From contig JBJHCF010000003.1 of NCBI GenBank assembly GCA_050506795.1, forward strand, positions 32,001 through 96,000: a DNA stretch of 64,000 nucleotides. Direction: 5' to 3'. The translations under genes were made by a program, and so were the position numbers. The stretch is from Opitutia bacterium. Its GTDB lineage: Bacteria; Verrucomicrobiota; Verrucomicrobiia; Opitutales; T3Sed10-336. The notes beneath the pieces were generated by a model that saw nothing but the letters and a program-made list of their open reading frames with translations, ran no database searches and was not told where the DNA came from. Shown in pieces: positions 1 through 10,426 of this stretch. Numbering within the stretch: position 1 is the stretch's first letter; every line of letters starts with the position of its first letter.

Positions 1-1
1 C

Positions 2-958
2 AAGTACCCGAGTTACGGCAACCTCGCGCCGCGTGATATTTCCTCTCGCAGCGCCAAGGAGGTCTGTGACGAGGGCCGCGGTGTGGGACCTGGAGGGCAG
101 GGGGTTTACCTTGATTTCTCGGACTCAATCGAACGCCTCGGATTGGCTGTCATTCAGGAGCGCTATGGCAACCTCTTCGAGATGTACGAACGCATTACCG
201 GTGAGGACGCCTACAAGATTCCCATGCGCATCTATCCGGCTCTGCACTACACCATGGGCGGCCTCTGGGTGGACTACAATCTTATGAGCAACATCCCCGG
301 TCTGCATGTGATCGGAGAGGCCAATTTCTCCGACCACGGGGCCAATCGCCTCGGCGCCAGCGCGCTGATGCAGGGTCTGGCCGACGGGTATTTCGTTCTT
401 CCCTACACCATCGGCGCCTACCTGGCCGACGTCCGCGGCAAACGCCCGTCGGCGGATCAGAAGGAATTTCAGGAGGTCAAGAATGAGGTGGAGGAGCAAA
501 CCAAACGCTTTGTTTCCATTCAGGGAGATCGCACCGTACAGTCGTTTCACAAGGAGTTGGGCAAGCTGATGTGGGACAAGGCCGGCATGGCGCGTAACAA
601 GAAGGGACTGGAGGAAGCCATCGCCAAGATTCCGGAGATCCGCGAGGAGTTCTGGAAAAATGTGCGCGTGCCCGGAAGCGGGGAGGAACTAAACCAGGAG
701 CTGGAAAAAGCCGGACGCCTGGCCGACTTTTTGGAGTTCGGCGAACTGCTTTGTCGCGACGCCCTCGACCGCGAGGAATCCTGCGGGGGACATTTCCGGG
801 AGGAGCATCAGACCGAGGAAGGGGAGGCGCTGCGCGACGACGAAAACTATTCTTATGTCAGTTGCTGGGAACACCGCGGCGACGACGAAAAACCGGCTTT
901 GCACAAAGAACCTCTGGTTTATGAAGAGGTGAAAATGGCCACGAGGAGCTACAAGTAA
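2..958 (+). CDS. sdhA: Succinate dehydrogenase/fumarate reductase flavoprotein subunit, 5'-truncated by the window edge
   Basis: Open frame from base 2 ([16 protein letters not shown]). Motifs [23 protein letters not shown] and [10 protein letters not shown]. Stop overlaps the sdhB ATG. Confidence 0.95.
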   Translation, partial: KYPSYGNLAPRDISSRSAKEVCDEGRGVGPGGQGVYLDFSDSIERLGLAVIQERYGNLFEMYERITGEDAYKIPMRIYPALHYTMGGLWVDYNLMSNIPGLHVIGEANFSDHGANRLGASALMQGLADGYFVLPYTIGAYLADVRGKRPSADQKEFQEVKNEVEEQTKRFVSIQGDRTVQSFHKELGKLMWDKAGMARNKKGLEEAIAKIPEIREEFWKNVRVPGSGEELNQELEKAGRLADFLEFGELLCRDALDREESCGGHFREEHQTEEGEALRDDENYSYVSCWEHRGDDEKPALHKEPLVYEEVKMATRSYK

Positions 959-1716
959 TGGATCTGAAACTCAGAGTCTGGAGACAGAAGAACCGGGACG
1001 CCGAGGGCGGTCTCGTCGAGTATGACGCGAAGGATATCGATCCGGAAATGTCCTTTCTGGAGATGCTCGACGTCATCAACGAACGCCTGGTGGCCGCCGG
1101 CGACGAACCGATCGCCTTCGATCACGACTGCCGCGAAGGCATTTGCGGCGCCTGTTCTGCGACAATCAACGGCATTCCCCACGGTCCCCAGCGGGCTACC
1201 ACGGTCTGCCAGTTGCACATGCGGCATTTTAAGGACGGCGATGTGCTGACCATCGAACCCTTCCGCGCCAAAGCATTTCCCGTGGTTCGCGACCTGGTGG
1301 TTGACCGGAGCGCTTTTGACCGCATCATCGAAGCCGGTGGATTTGTATCGGTTCGCACGGGCAGCGCCCCTGAAGCCAACACCCTCCTGGTGCCCAAGCA
1401 GGATGCCGACTGGGCCATGGATGCCGCGTCCTGTATTGGCTGCGGTGCTTGTGTGGCCGCCTGCAAGAATGCCTCTGCCATGCTCTTTGTCGCCGCCAAG
1501 GCCGGCCACCTGAACACTCTCCCGCAAGGCAAACCGGAAAAGGACCGGCGCGTACTCAACATGGTCGCCGCCATGGACGAAGCCGGGTTTGGCAACTGCA
1601 CCAATCAATACGAGTGCTCCGCCGTTTGCCCGAAGTCCATCAGCGAAGATTTCATCGCCCAACTCAATCGCGACTACCTGAAAGCTTCGTTGAAGAAGTG
1701 CCTCACCCGAGGTTGA
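958..1716 (+). CDS. sdhB: Succinate dehydrogenase/fumarate reductase iron-sulfur subunit
   Basis: Fe-S motifs [20 protein letters not shown] and [12 protein letters not shown]; coupled to sdhA. Confidence 0.95.
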   Translation: MDLKLRVWRQKNRDAEGGLVEYDAKDIDPEMSFLEMLDVINERLVAAGDEPIAFDHDCREGICGACSATINGIPHGPQRATTVCQLHMRHFKDGDVLTIEPFRAKAFPVVRDLVVDRSAFDRIIEAGGFVSVRTGSAPEANTLLVPKQDADWAMDAASCIGCGACVAACKNASAMLFVAAKAGHLNTLPQGKPEKDRRVLNMVAAMDEAGFGNCTNQYECSAVCPKSISEDFIAQLNRDYLKASLKKCLTRG

Positions 1717-1825
1717 GCGACAAGGCGGTCCGGGCCTGGAGACCTACTACACCGGAGAGAGCGTAGCGCGCTGGCGGACGCGGCCACCGGGCAAAGGCTT
1801 GGTGCTTCGGTGGGAGATAATGTTG

Positions 1826-1862
1826 AAAAGCGAGGGGTCGTACTGAACGCCCTTCGCTTTTT
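1826..1862. terminator. Probable bidirectional intrinsic terminator
   Basis: AAAAGCGAGGGG...CCCTTCGCTTTTT hairpin with A/T tails between convergent genes. Confidence 0.7.
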
Positions 1863-1885
1863 CGTGGATTCGTGCCGGAGGCCGG

Positions 1886-3742
1886 TCAGTCTTCGGCCGC
1901 GGTACCGAGGAGCTCTACCAGAGCGATCTGCATGGAGCCGCCGCCTCGGACGCTCGGGAAGATGACCTGGTAGTGACGGAAAGCCCGGTCGTTTTCGAAT
2001 CCGGCGGCCCAGGTGGCGTGACGGCCGGGAAAGGCGTCGACGGATCCGCCGGCTATTTCATGCCAATTCTCTCCGTCATTGGAACCATGGATCCGGTAAG
2101 CGGACGGATCCCGTTCGGGGGCGTCGTTGGCGCTGGTGAGACGAATGGCCTCGACGACGGCGGGCCGGGAAAGGGTGACCTGGAACCCGGTGGGTTCGGA
2201 ACCGCCGTCAAAATGCAGGTACTTGGTGTTGGTGTCGCCGTCGATGGCGTTGGCGACTCCCTCGTTCCCGGGAGAGTTCTCATGCGGGATGGCAATGATT
2301 TCGTCCGAGGGGTCGGTTACCACGTTCGAGCGGGGATCCGGTTCGAACGGCGGCACCCCTGGGCCCTCATAGCCAAGCGCCGGGTTGCCGTTGTCGTAGA
2401 GTTTGTCCACGGACCACAGGAGACCGCGGGCGACGAAGTCCTGGAAAACCCGATGTTCCATGGTTTCGTTATGGTGTCCAATCGTGGTGCCGAAAACCCG
2501 CACGCCTTCGTACTCGTTGGTCCAGATTACGGTGTGATAACGATCGGTATCCTGGCCGTAGGCGTGGGCGAGGGGGGTGGCGTTGGCGTAGACCTCGGCG
2601 ATCTCGTAAAGCTCTCCCCGCGGAGTCTGCCAACCATCCTCGGGGAAGCCTTTCATTATCGGGTGTTCCGGTTCGAGCGGTTCAACAAAGAACGGACGGT
2701 GCGCTTCGTGACGGTGACTGCGCACTCCGCCGAATTCGAACCAGCGGGTGGTTTGGGTGCGGAAGCTGTGAATGGCGCAGTGCAGGAAAACCGCTGGCAC
2801 CCCGAGATCAACGTGCATTTCGACGATATCTTCGATCGGTCCGGGGCCGGGGGTGCCGGTAATGCAGAAGTTGTAAACGACCACGTCGAAACCTTCCATC
2901 CAGTTCTCCTGATTGAAGCGCTCGGGCCAATGATCCGAGTTGGTTCCGGCATCGTGTTCGATGGTCCAGTCGATCCGTGTCCGGTAACCCAGGCCCTCGG
3001 TCACGATAGCCTCCTGGGCCGCGTAATCATGCCAGCCGCCGCCGGTCACGTAAAGGGCGCGGATTGGTTCGGGACGGGTTACTTCCCGCAGTTCGATATT
3101 GCGGTAATGGATGACCGAATCCGGGTCGTGGGCCTGAAGCGCGACGGTTCCGCTGGAGAAACGGCGCGGACCGGTGACGCCTTCCGGTTCGGTGAAATCC
3201 ATGACCTGTTCACCGTCGACATTCACGATGATGCGATTGCCGATTACTTTGAAGTGAAGATGAAACCATTCTTCATCGACGTGCGGTGCGTCGTCGAGAA
3301 TGTTGGCCACCGCGTAAATGGATCCGGTTTTGATGCGGTCGCCATGGGTGGCGTTGACCTGAACCTCGTGACCGTGACGCGGCCAGCCCGTTTCCTGGTA
3401 TTGGGTGTGGAAAAAGACTCCGGAGTTGGCGCGATAAAAGGTCTTTATATCCATCCGCATCTCGAAATCGGTGAAATTGGCGCCGCCCACTTCTCCTTCG
3501 TAAAAGAGATGCGCCCGGGGGCCGTCGACGATAATTATTCCGTCCTCCACGGAAAAGGAGTCGGGATTTTCGGACGCCCGCCAGCCGTCGAGGGTTTCTC
3601 CGTCGAAGAGGGATACCCATCCGTCGTTGTCGTCGGCATTAAGGGTCACCGCCATCAGTCCGGCCAGGGCCGAAATCAAGGCGAAGCGGAAAAAGCTGGA
3701 TCCAGTTAGGATTCTGAAGGGTGTTCTCGTGGTTTTGTTCAT
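1886..3742 (-). CDS. Exported DUF1080 (3-keto-disaccharide hydrolase-like) + ThuA-like + C-terminal F5/8 type C (discoidin-like) protein
   Basis: Signal peptide. DUF1080 motifs GWVSLFDGETLDGW, ANSGVFF and ALQAHDP..YRNI. ThuA-like GGWHDY, ELY and RVFGTTIGH. SANDAPERDP..GSNDG..W domain at the C-terminus. Confidence 0.85.
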   Translation of the reverse strand: MNKTTRTPFRILTGSSFFRFALISALAGLMAVTLNADDNDGWVSLFDGETLDGWRASENPDSFSVEDGIIIVDGPRAHLFYEGEVGGANFTDFEMRMDIKTFYRANSGVFFHTQYQETGWPRHGHEVQVNATHGDRIKTGSIYAVANILDDAPHVDEEWFHLHFKVIGNRIIVNVDGEQVMDFTEPEGVTGPRRFSSGTVALQAHDPDSVIHYRNIELREVTRPEPIRALYVTGGGWHDYAAQEAIVTEGLGYRTRIDWTIEHDAGTNSDHWPERFNQENWMEGFDVVVYNFCITGTPGPGPIEDIVEMHVDLGVPAVFLHCAIHSFRTQTTRWFEFGGVRSHRHEAHRPFFVEPLEPEHPIMKGFPEDGWQTPRGELYEIAEVYANATPLAHAYGQDTDRYHTVIWTNEYEGVRVFGTTIGHHNETMEHRVFQDFVARGLLWSVDKLYDNGNPALGYEGPGVPPFEPDPRSNVVTDPSDEIIAIPHENSPGNEGVANAIDGDTNTKYLHFDGGSEPTGFQVTLSRPAVVEAIRLTSANDAPERDPSAYRIHGSNDGENWHEIAGGSVDAFPGRHATWAAGFENDRAFRHYQVIFPSVRGGGSMQIALVELLGTAAED

Positions 3743-4251
3743 GGTCTTTATGGCAGTTCGGCTTTTTGTTGATGATTATTGAAGTCGATAATCGGCATTG
3801 GTCCCGCTGGTCGAAGCTAATTCGTAACGCCGTGAATAGGTCGCGGAGCAGGGCGAATTCGCGGTCGGGCGCCATGTTCTTTCGGTGTGAACGGAGATTG
3901 GGAGAATTCTATACATCATGCAAGGGAAACCGGTTTTTTCAAGCGGGGAGGACGGGAAACGGGAAGGGGGAGAGGGCTTTTTTATATGGCCTCTGGAGGC
4001 TTCAAAAAAAGCATTTCAGATCGAAAATTTGAAATTTGAGATTCTTCGCTTCGGAACGCGGATCAAAGCTCGCCGATTTAAAGACCGTGGGAAGGGGGGA
4101 GTGGTGTGGAATCTCATTTCGATGGCGACGGTAGTCGAAGTACGCCTGGTATCTTTCACCTGATTTATATAGAGATTTTCACGAAGGACCTTGGATGGCG
4201 GCGGTTCTGTCGCTTGACCTTTCCCCTCGCTTCGATAGGGTTTTGGGCATT

Positions 4252-5841
4252 ATGTCTTACCCGCAATCGAGTATTAGTTCAGGAGTTGCCGGAATCCGAT
4301 GGATCCTGGGCGTGTTGTTATTGTGTTCGGCGACCCCGACGATGGGCGAAGCCCCTTTTCGTGCCATTTTTAACGGCGAGGATTTGACCGGCTGGGACGG
4401 CGATGAACGTTACTGGAGTGTTGAGGACGGCGTGATCGTGGGGGCGGCGGAAGCCGGAGCCTTGGATCGCAACACTTTCCTCATATGGAACCAGGGTGAA
4501 GTGGATGACTTCGAATTGCGCTTCCGCTACCGCATCACGAGCGACTGGGCGAACTCCGGGGTGCAGGTGCGTTCGGAGAGACTGGAAGACTATGTGGTGG
4601 CCGGATATCAGCCGGACATTGCCACCGAAGATTGGATCACGGGCATTCACTATGAGGAACGAGGTAGGGGGATTCTCGCCAGGAGGGGAGAACGTACGGT
4701 TATCGACGCGGATGGCGAGCGTACGACCAGCCGCTTCGCTTCTGAAGAGGAATTGTACCGCGAGATTCGTCCGCGCGACTGGAACGAGTATCACGTCGTG
4801 GCCCGCGGCAATCGGATCACGACCCGGATTAACGGAGTCCGCATGCACGAGGTCGAAGACCATTCGCCCGAAGCCCGTCGCAGTGGCGTGATTGCCTTCC
4901 AGCTGCATACGGGGCCGGCGATGCGAATTGAGTTTTCGGACGTGGAGCTACGAAGGCTGCCGACGGAAGGGCGTCGTAAAGTGGTGTTCTGGGCCGGACC
5001 GCGGAGTCACGGTTTCGGTCACCACGAGCACAGGGCGGGCAGCCTGCTGTTGGCCGAAATGTTGAATCGGCATTTTGGCGACGAGATTATCGCCACAGTG
5101 TACAGCAACGGTCGTCCGGCGGATCCCACCGCGTTCGACAACGCCAATGCACTGGTGATGTTTAGTAACGGCGGCGGCGGGCATCCGGTGCGACCCCACC
5201 TGGAGGAGATCGATGCCCTGGCCGAAAGCGGAGTTGGAATTGGCGCCATTCATTACGCGGTGGAGCCGCATCCCGATGATTCCGACTATTTCGAGCGCTG
5301 GCTCGGCGGGTATTTTCGTATCCACTGGTCGGTAAATCCGCATTGGACCGCGAACATTGAAACCCTGCCGGAGGACCCGCTTACCCGCGGGGTGCGGCCG
5401 TTCAGTCTTTACGACGAGTGGTATTATCACATGGCCTTTCGCGATGAAATGGAAGGTGTGGTTCCCATACTCAGCGCCTTGCCGCCGGAAGAATCGCTCA
5501 ATCGCCCCGACGGACCTCACAGTAATAATCCGCATGTCCGGGAGGCTGTGCTGGAGCGCGGGGAAGCTCAGCACTTGATGTGGCGTTCCGAACGGCCCGG
5601 CGGCAAACGCGGTTTCGGGATCACCGGCGCTCACTACCACTGGAACTGGGCCCAGGACGACTTCCGCACCGCGGTGCTCAATGCCATCGTGTGGATTGCC
5701 GGGGCGGAGGTGCCGGAAGACGGTGTGCCGTCGCACACGCCCACTCTGGAGGAATTACTGGAAAACCAGGCCTACGACATGCCGGAGAATTTCGATCGCG
5801 GACAGATCCAGCAGCAACTCGACGCCTGGCGGGAGCGCTGA
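4252..5841 (+). CDS. Exported DUF1080 + ThuA-like (glutamine amidotransferase-like fold) protein
   Basis: IFNGEDLTGW, ANSGVQ and GVIAFQLH, followed by SHGFGHHEH, DEWYYHM and GITGAHYHWNW. ATG 4252 preferred over ORF start 4195. Confidence 0.85.
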   Translation: MSYPQSSISSGVAGIRWILGVLLLCSATPTMGEAPFRAIFNGEDLTGWDGDERYWSVEDGVIVGAAEAGALDRNTFLIWNQGEVDDFELRFRYRITSDWANSGVQVRSERLEDYVVAGYQPDIATEDWITGIHYEERGRGILARRGERTVIDADGERTTSRFASEEELYREIRPRDWNEYHVVARGNRITTRINGVRMHEVEDHSPEARRSGVIAFQLHTGPAMRIEFSDVELRRLPTEGRRKVVFWAGPRSHGFGHHEHRAGSLLLAEMLNRHFGDEIIATVYSNGRPADPTAFDNANALVMFSNGGGGHPVRPHLEEIDALAESGVGIGAIHYAVEPHPDDSDYFERWLGGYFRIHWSVNPHWTANIETLPEDPLTRGVRPFSLYDEWYYHMAFRDEMEGVVPILSALPPEESLNRPDGPHSNNPHVREAVLERGEAQHLMWRSERPGGKRGFGITGAHYHWNWAQDDFRTAVLNAIVWIAGAEVPEDGVPSHTPTLEELLENQAYDMPENFDRGQIQQQLDAWRER

Positions 5842-5851
5842 GGAATTCGGC

Positions 5852-6427
5852 TCAGGTTTTTTTCAGCTTATATTCGGCGGCCCGGTGGTGAACCGGGCCG
5901 CCGGTTTGCAGGTAGCTCACCCAGAGGGAAAAAGCGTCCACGCGAAAGGGGCCTCCGGTGTAATCACGGTGCCGCTTGAGGAAGTCGTTGGCGGATCCGC
6001 CGGCGGCGGGATTGATGCGGGCCAGGGTGATGTGCGGATGAAATCGCCGGGTTTCCGGCTCCAATCCGGCGGCGATGACCGCTTCTTCCACCTTGCCCTG
6101 TAATTGGAATAATCGAGGGTGCCCGGAACCAACACCGGCCCAGAAAACGCGGGGGTTTCCGCGCGGAGGAAACCGGCCGACGCCTGCTGGGGTAAGGAGA
6201 AACGGTTCGACCGCGATGCGTGCGAGACCTTCGGCCAGACGCCGGACGATTTCGGAATCGGCGCCGCCGATGTAACGGAGCGTCAGGTGCATCTGTTGGC
6301 GCGGCGTCCAGCGGATCCCGGATGACTCGATTTGGAGCGATGCCAGATCGTCTTTGATCGCGTCGGGGAGAGTCACGGCGACAAACCAACGCCCTCCCGG
6401 AGAAAACAACGACTCGTCGATCTCCAT
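5852..6427 (-). CDS. thpR: RNA 2',3'-cyclic phosphodiesterase (2H family)
   Basis: Two HxT motifs (HLTL, HITL); FPPRGNPRVFWAG; typical length. Confidence 0.9.
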   Translation of the reverse strand: MEIDESLFSPGGRWFVAVTLPDAIKDDLASLQIESSGIRWTPRQQMHLTLRYIGGADSEIVRRLAEGLARIAVEPFLLTPAGVGRFPPRGNPRVFWAGVGSGHPRLFQLQGKVEEAVIAAGLEPETRRFHPHITLARINPAAGGSANDFLKRHRDYTGGPFRVDAFSLWVSYLQTGGPVHHRAAEYKLKKT

Positions 6428-6519
6428 ATTCCACGACTACCGAGATTCCGGACGAAAATCAATATTCCTGATTCCGGTTATCTCCGTTCGAACGGCGGAT
6501 AAAATCGGCCGAACCGCAC

Positions 6520-6557
6520 AAAAAAAGAGCGCGGCATTAAAGCCGCGCCCGTTTTTT
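6520..6557. terminator. Intrinsic terminator downstream of the minus-strand oxidoreductase
   Basis: A-tract, GCGCGGC/GCCGCGC stem, T-tract. Confidence 0.7.
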
Positions 6558-6603
6558 GAATTAGGCGACAGGGTAGGTCGCCTCAATCCATTGACGTTTG
6601 AAA

Positions 6604-7890
6604 TCAGGCGCTGCCCGGAATCGGGGCGACTCCCTCTTCCGGGAGCTCGACGTCGTCCGCGTTTTCGAAGTCCTCGGCCGTCGGGGTGATGGTGAGATTG
6701 TACCACTCCGAGTCGGTGCGTTCGGTCAGATCGATCCAGCGTACGATGGCCCCGCTGTAGGCGGAAATGCGGCCCATGATGGCGGCGACGGTGGCGTCGG
6801 TTACATCTTTGGTCTCGTTCAGGCCCTGATCCTCGAGGATGCTTTCGAGCAGTGCCACGTGCTCCTGCACCATGCTGTTGTCATGTCCGGCCACTTCCGG
6901 CAAAGTGACTTCGCGGCCGTCGAACCGGGCGATCCGGCTGCCGCCGATCACGGTGCCTTCGGTACCGGTGAGCATTTCGCCAACCCGCGTGTAGGTGCCG
7001 TTGATTTGGCGACACATGCTATGGATGTTGCAACCGTCACCGTAGTCGAGGTCGACGCTGAAGAAATCGTAGAGATTGCCGGTGCGCCGACGCGCGCGTC
7101 CGCCATAACCCAATGCGATACGTGGGTTGCGTCCAACGAACCAACTGGCGACGTCGATATTGTGCATGTGCTGCTCGACGATATGGTCGCCCGAGGTTTC
7201 GAGAAAGTTCACCCAGTTGCGGGCCATGTACATGGCGTTGGATTCACCGTCCCGCCGGTCGCGGACCCAGAGCTGGTTCTGGTTCCACATCACCTTGCCG
7301 CCGACGATGTCGCCGATGGCGCCGTCCCGGATCGCCTGGGCGAGAGCCTTGTAGCGGCGGTCGTGGCGGCGTTGGGTGCCGGCCACCACGGAGAGGTTTT
7401 TGCGGCTGGCTTCCTCCCCAATGGCATACATGCGACGCGCTCCCGGCGCATCAACGGCCACCGGTTTTTCGATAAAGCAATGGCAATCGGCGGCGATCGC
7501 CGCTTCGAAGTGAGCCGGGCGGAAATTGGGGGGGGCGCAGAGCAGAGCCACGTCCATGGGAACCTCAAAGAGTTTGTGGTAGGCATCGAATCCCACGAAA
7601 CGATGTTCCTCGGGAACGCCGAATTGGTTGCCGGCCTGGTTGACCGACGATTCCTGGACGTCGGCCACCGCCACGAAACGGATTTCGACTCCGGCTACTT
7701 CTCCCGCCTGGCGGATATCGTTCATTGCACCCCGGCCTCGCCCTCCGGTACCGACCGCTCCAACCCTAATCACGGGCCGGCCGGCATTGTTGGCCGCCAG
7801 TCCGGCCGCTGGCAGGACACTGAGCGCCGCTCCGGCGACCGTCAGGTTCTTGAGGAAATTGCGTCTGCTTTGTAGGTTCCTGTTCATCAT
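6604..7890 (-). CDS. Tat-exported Gfo/Idh/MocA family oxidoreductase
   Basis: SRRNFLK twin-arginine signal, GTGGRGRG, EKPVAVD, GDHIVEQHMHNID. Confidence 0.9.
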   Translation of the reverse strand: MMNRNLQSRRNFLKNLTVAGAALSVLPAAGLAANNAGRPVIRVGAVGTGGRGRGAMNDIRQAGEVAGVEIRFVAVADVQESSVNQAGNQFGVPEEHRFVGFDAYHKLFEVPMDVALLCAPPNFRPAHFEAAIAADCHCFIEKPVAVDAPGARRMYAIGEEASRKNLSVVAGTQRRHDRRYKALAQAIRDGAIGDIVGGKVMWNQNQLWVRDRRDGESNAMYMARNWVNFLETSGDHIVEQHMHNIDVASWFVGRNPRIALGYGGRARRRTGNLYDFFSVDLDYGDGCNIHSMCRQINGTYTRVGEMLTGTEGTVIGGSRIARFDGREVTLPEVAGHDNSMVQEHVALLESILEDQGLNETKDVTDATVAAIMGRISAYSGAIVRWIDLTERTDSEWYNLTITPTAEDFENADDVELPEEGVAPIPGSA

Positions 7891-8137
7891 ATCTATCTGA
7901 TCGTGTTGGTTTTCGTATTTCAGAGGTGCCGGAGTCTGGAAAATCCTGCGCCGGTCTAGCCGGCAGGACAGATCGTCGCGACTGGAAATGAATTGAAAAT
8001 ATTTCGTGCGGTAATGTCAACCAACCATGGAGGTCTTCTGACGGAACTAACCGGGGCGGTGTTCTCTGCTATTAGTCGGCCGAATAATACTTTCGTGGTT
8101 GTCCTGTCGCCGTTTGTGGCATTGATTGGATGGTCCT

Positions 8138-9712
8138 ATGGAACAGCGGCCAATTGTGGAGAAAATAAACGTCCGAGAAGCCACACGCGACGATATCGAG
8201 GTGTTGGTCGAACTCAACCGATTGGCCTACCCGGACCGATCGGAGGAGAATGTGGTTTGGGGACGCAGCCATTTGCTGAGCCACCTGCGGACCTTTCCCC
8301 AGGGGCAACTGGTGGCGGAAATTGACGGGCGCGTGGTGGGGGGCGCTTCGGCGCTGATCGTCGACATGGGCCCGGAACCCCTGCGTCCTCACACCTGGGC
8401 GGGAGTGACCGACAGCGGGTATTTCACCAGTCACAACGCCAAAGGCGACACGCTTTATGCCGCAGACATCTACGTGCATCCGGAATACCGCCGTCGCGGT
8501 GTGGCGAGGGCTTTGTACGCGGCCCGGAGGGACCTGTGCCGCCGGTTCAACCTGCGTCGCATCCTGGCGGGCGGGCGCTTGTGGGGGTATGTCGAACATG
8601 CCGAACGATTCTCTCCGGAGGAGTACGCGGAGCGGGTGTCCGAAGGCGACTTGAGCGATCCCGTTCTTGGGTTTCAACTGGCCGAGGGTTTCGAGTTGCG
8701 CGGGATCCTGCCCAATTACGTGCGCGATCCCCGGGGGAAAAATTACGCGCCCCTGCTGGAGTGGTTCAATCCCGACTACGTGGCGCCGGAGAAGGGGCGT
8801 CGCAAAGTGCGGCTGGCCTGCGTTCAGTACCAGATGCGCAAACTGGAGTCCTTTGACGAATTCGCTCGCCAGGTGACTTATTTCGTGGACATCGCCGCCG
8901 ACTACGGCAGCGATTTTATCCTCTTGCCCGAGTTTCTGACCGTGCAGCTTCTGTCCCAGACCGGAACCCTGACGCCCGGAGAGGGGATCAAGGAACTGGC
9001 GAAACTGACGCCGCGCTACAAGGAGCTGATGAGCAGCCTCGCCACCAGTTACGGGATGACCCTGATCTCCGGGAGCCACCCGGTGGAGGAGGGCGATCGC
9101 ATGCTCAACACCTGTTTCGTCTGCCTGCCGGACGGCAAGGTGGAGTGCCAGCCGAAATTGCACATCACTCCCAACGAGCGGAAATGGTGGAAGATCAGCG
9201 GTGGCAAGAATCTCCGTGTATTCAACACGCCCAAAGCCAAGATCGCGGTTTTGATCTGTTACGACATTCAGTTTCCGGAAGCCGCGCGTTACCTGGCGGA
9301 CGAAGGAGTCGAGATCATTTTTGTGCCGTTCTGTACGGACAATCGGCAGGGGTACCTGCGGGTGCGCTACTGCGCCCAGGCCCGCGCCATTGAAAACCAG
9401 GTCTACGTAGCCCTGGCCGGCACCGTGGGCAACCTGCCCGATGTCTCCAACATGGACGTGCAGTACGCCCAGTCCGCGGTGCTGACCCCCTCCGACTTCG
9501 CCTTCGCCCGCGACGCCATCGCCTCGGAGGCCGATTTCAACGAGGAGACCATTCTGGTGTGCGATGTGGATATCGACGACCTCTATGAAGCCCGTAGCCA
9601 GGGAACCGTCACTCCGTACCTGGACCGCCGGCGCGACCTGTTTCAATACACCTGTAAACTGGAACGCTCCGATCAGATCAGGCGGTCCGCGGTTGAAGGG
9701 CCCCTGGGTTAG
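8138..9712 (+). CDS. Bifunctional GNAT N-acetyltransferase / carbon-nitrogen hydrolase (nitrilase superfamily)
   Basis: GNAT motif VHPEYRRRGVA, then nitrilase triad contexts LPEF, KLH and ICYD. ATG 8138 preferred. Confidence 0.9.
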   Translation: MEQRPIVEKINVREATRDDIEVLVELNRLAYPDRSEENVVWGRSHLLSHLRTFPQGQLVAEIDGRVVGGASALIVDMGPEPLRPHTWAGVTDSGYFTSHNAKGDTLYAADIYVHPEYRRRGVARALYAARRDLCRRFNLRRILAGGRLWGYVEHAERFSPEEYAERVSEGDLSDPVLGFQLAEGFELRGILPNYVRDPRGKNYAPLLEWFNPDYVAPEKGRRKVRLACVQYQMRKLESFDEFARQVTYFVDIAADYGSDFILLPEFLTVQLLSQTGTLTPGEGIKELAKLTPRYKELMSSLATSYGMTLISGSHPVEEGDRMLNTCFVCLPDGKVECQPKLHITPNERKWWKISGGKNLRVFNTPKAKIAVLICYDIQFPEAARYLADEGVEIIFVPFCTDNRQGYLRVRYCAQARAIENQVYVALAGTVGNLPDVSNMDVQYAQSAVLTPSDFAFARDAIASEADFNEETILVCDVDIDDLYEARSQGTVTPYLDRRRDLFQYTCKLERSDQIRRSAVEGPLG

Positions 9713-9785
9713 ATCGGGAATTGCGGCTTTTCTTGGGAAAAATACTTGCCAAGCGGGCGACGTGGTCTTTTCTTGAGTAAATAAG

Positions 9786-10391
9786 GTGAAAAAGTCAAGT
9801 AATATTCATCCTATTTTCGATCAGGTTCTTACACGTGAAGACAAGGAACAGCGTACGGGGCAGCGCGCCCGTGTGATCTGGTTTTACGGCTTGTCCGGAT
9901 CGGGAAAAAGCACGTTGGCGAACGCGCTCGAACGCCGCCTTTACGGGGAAGGGTTTTTCACCACCTTGCTCGATGGCGATAACGTGCGCGGAGGCCTGAA
10001 CGCCAATTTGGGATTCTCCGATGAGGACCGCGACGAGAACATCCGGCGTATCGCCGAGGTGTCGAAGCTCTTCGTGCAGGCCGGTCTGATCGCCATCAAT
10101 TCCTTCATCACTCCCTTGCGCCGCCAACGGGAATCCGCCCGTGCCATTTTGGGCGAGGACCTGATCGAGGTGTACGTTCGCTGTTCCTTCGAAAAATGCG
10201 CCGAGCGGGATGTGAAGGGACTTTATGCCAAAGCGCGTGCCGGAGAAGTCGCGGCGTTTACGGGTAAGGACTCCTCGTTCGAAGAGCCGGAGTCACCGGA
10301 TCTGGTGATCGAAACAGAGAAGAATAAGATTGAGGAGAGCCTCGCCGAGGTGTACCGCTTTGTGCTTCCCCGGATCAAGGCGAACGCCTGA
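9786..10391 (+). CDS. cysC: Adenylyl-sulfate (APS) kinase
   Basis: GLSGSGKST P-loop, LDGDNVR, RDVKGLY. Confidence 0.95.
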   Translation: MKKSSNIHPIFDQVLTREDKEQRTGQRARVIWFYGLSGSGKSTLANALERRLYGEGFFTTLLDGDNVRGGLNANLGFSDEDRDENIRRIAEVSKLFVQAGLIAINSFITPLRRQRESARAILGEDLIEVYVRCSFEKCAERDVKGLYAKARAGEVAAFTGKDSSFEEPESPDLVIETEKNKIEESLAEVYRFVLPRIKANA

Positions 10392-10426
10392 TTCGGGCCT
10401 CACTGGAATACTTTCGTGGATTGATT

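Noticed and set aside
1973..3709. Long antisense ORFs (also 6598-7875, 8072-9646, 27135-29171, 42880-45234, 50671-52617, 55427-57751 and others)
   Set aside because: They mirror well-supported genes on the other strand, carry no family motifs, and are expected in high-GC coding DNA.
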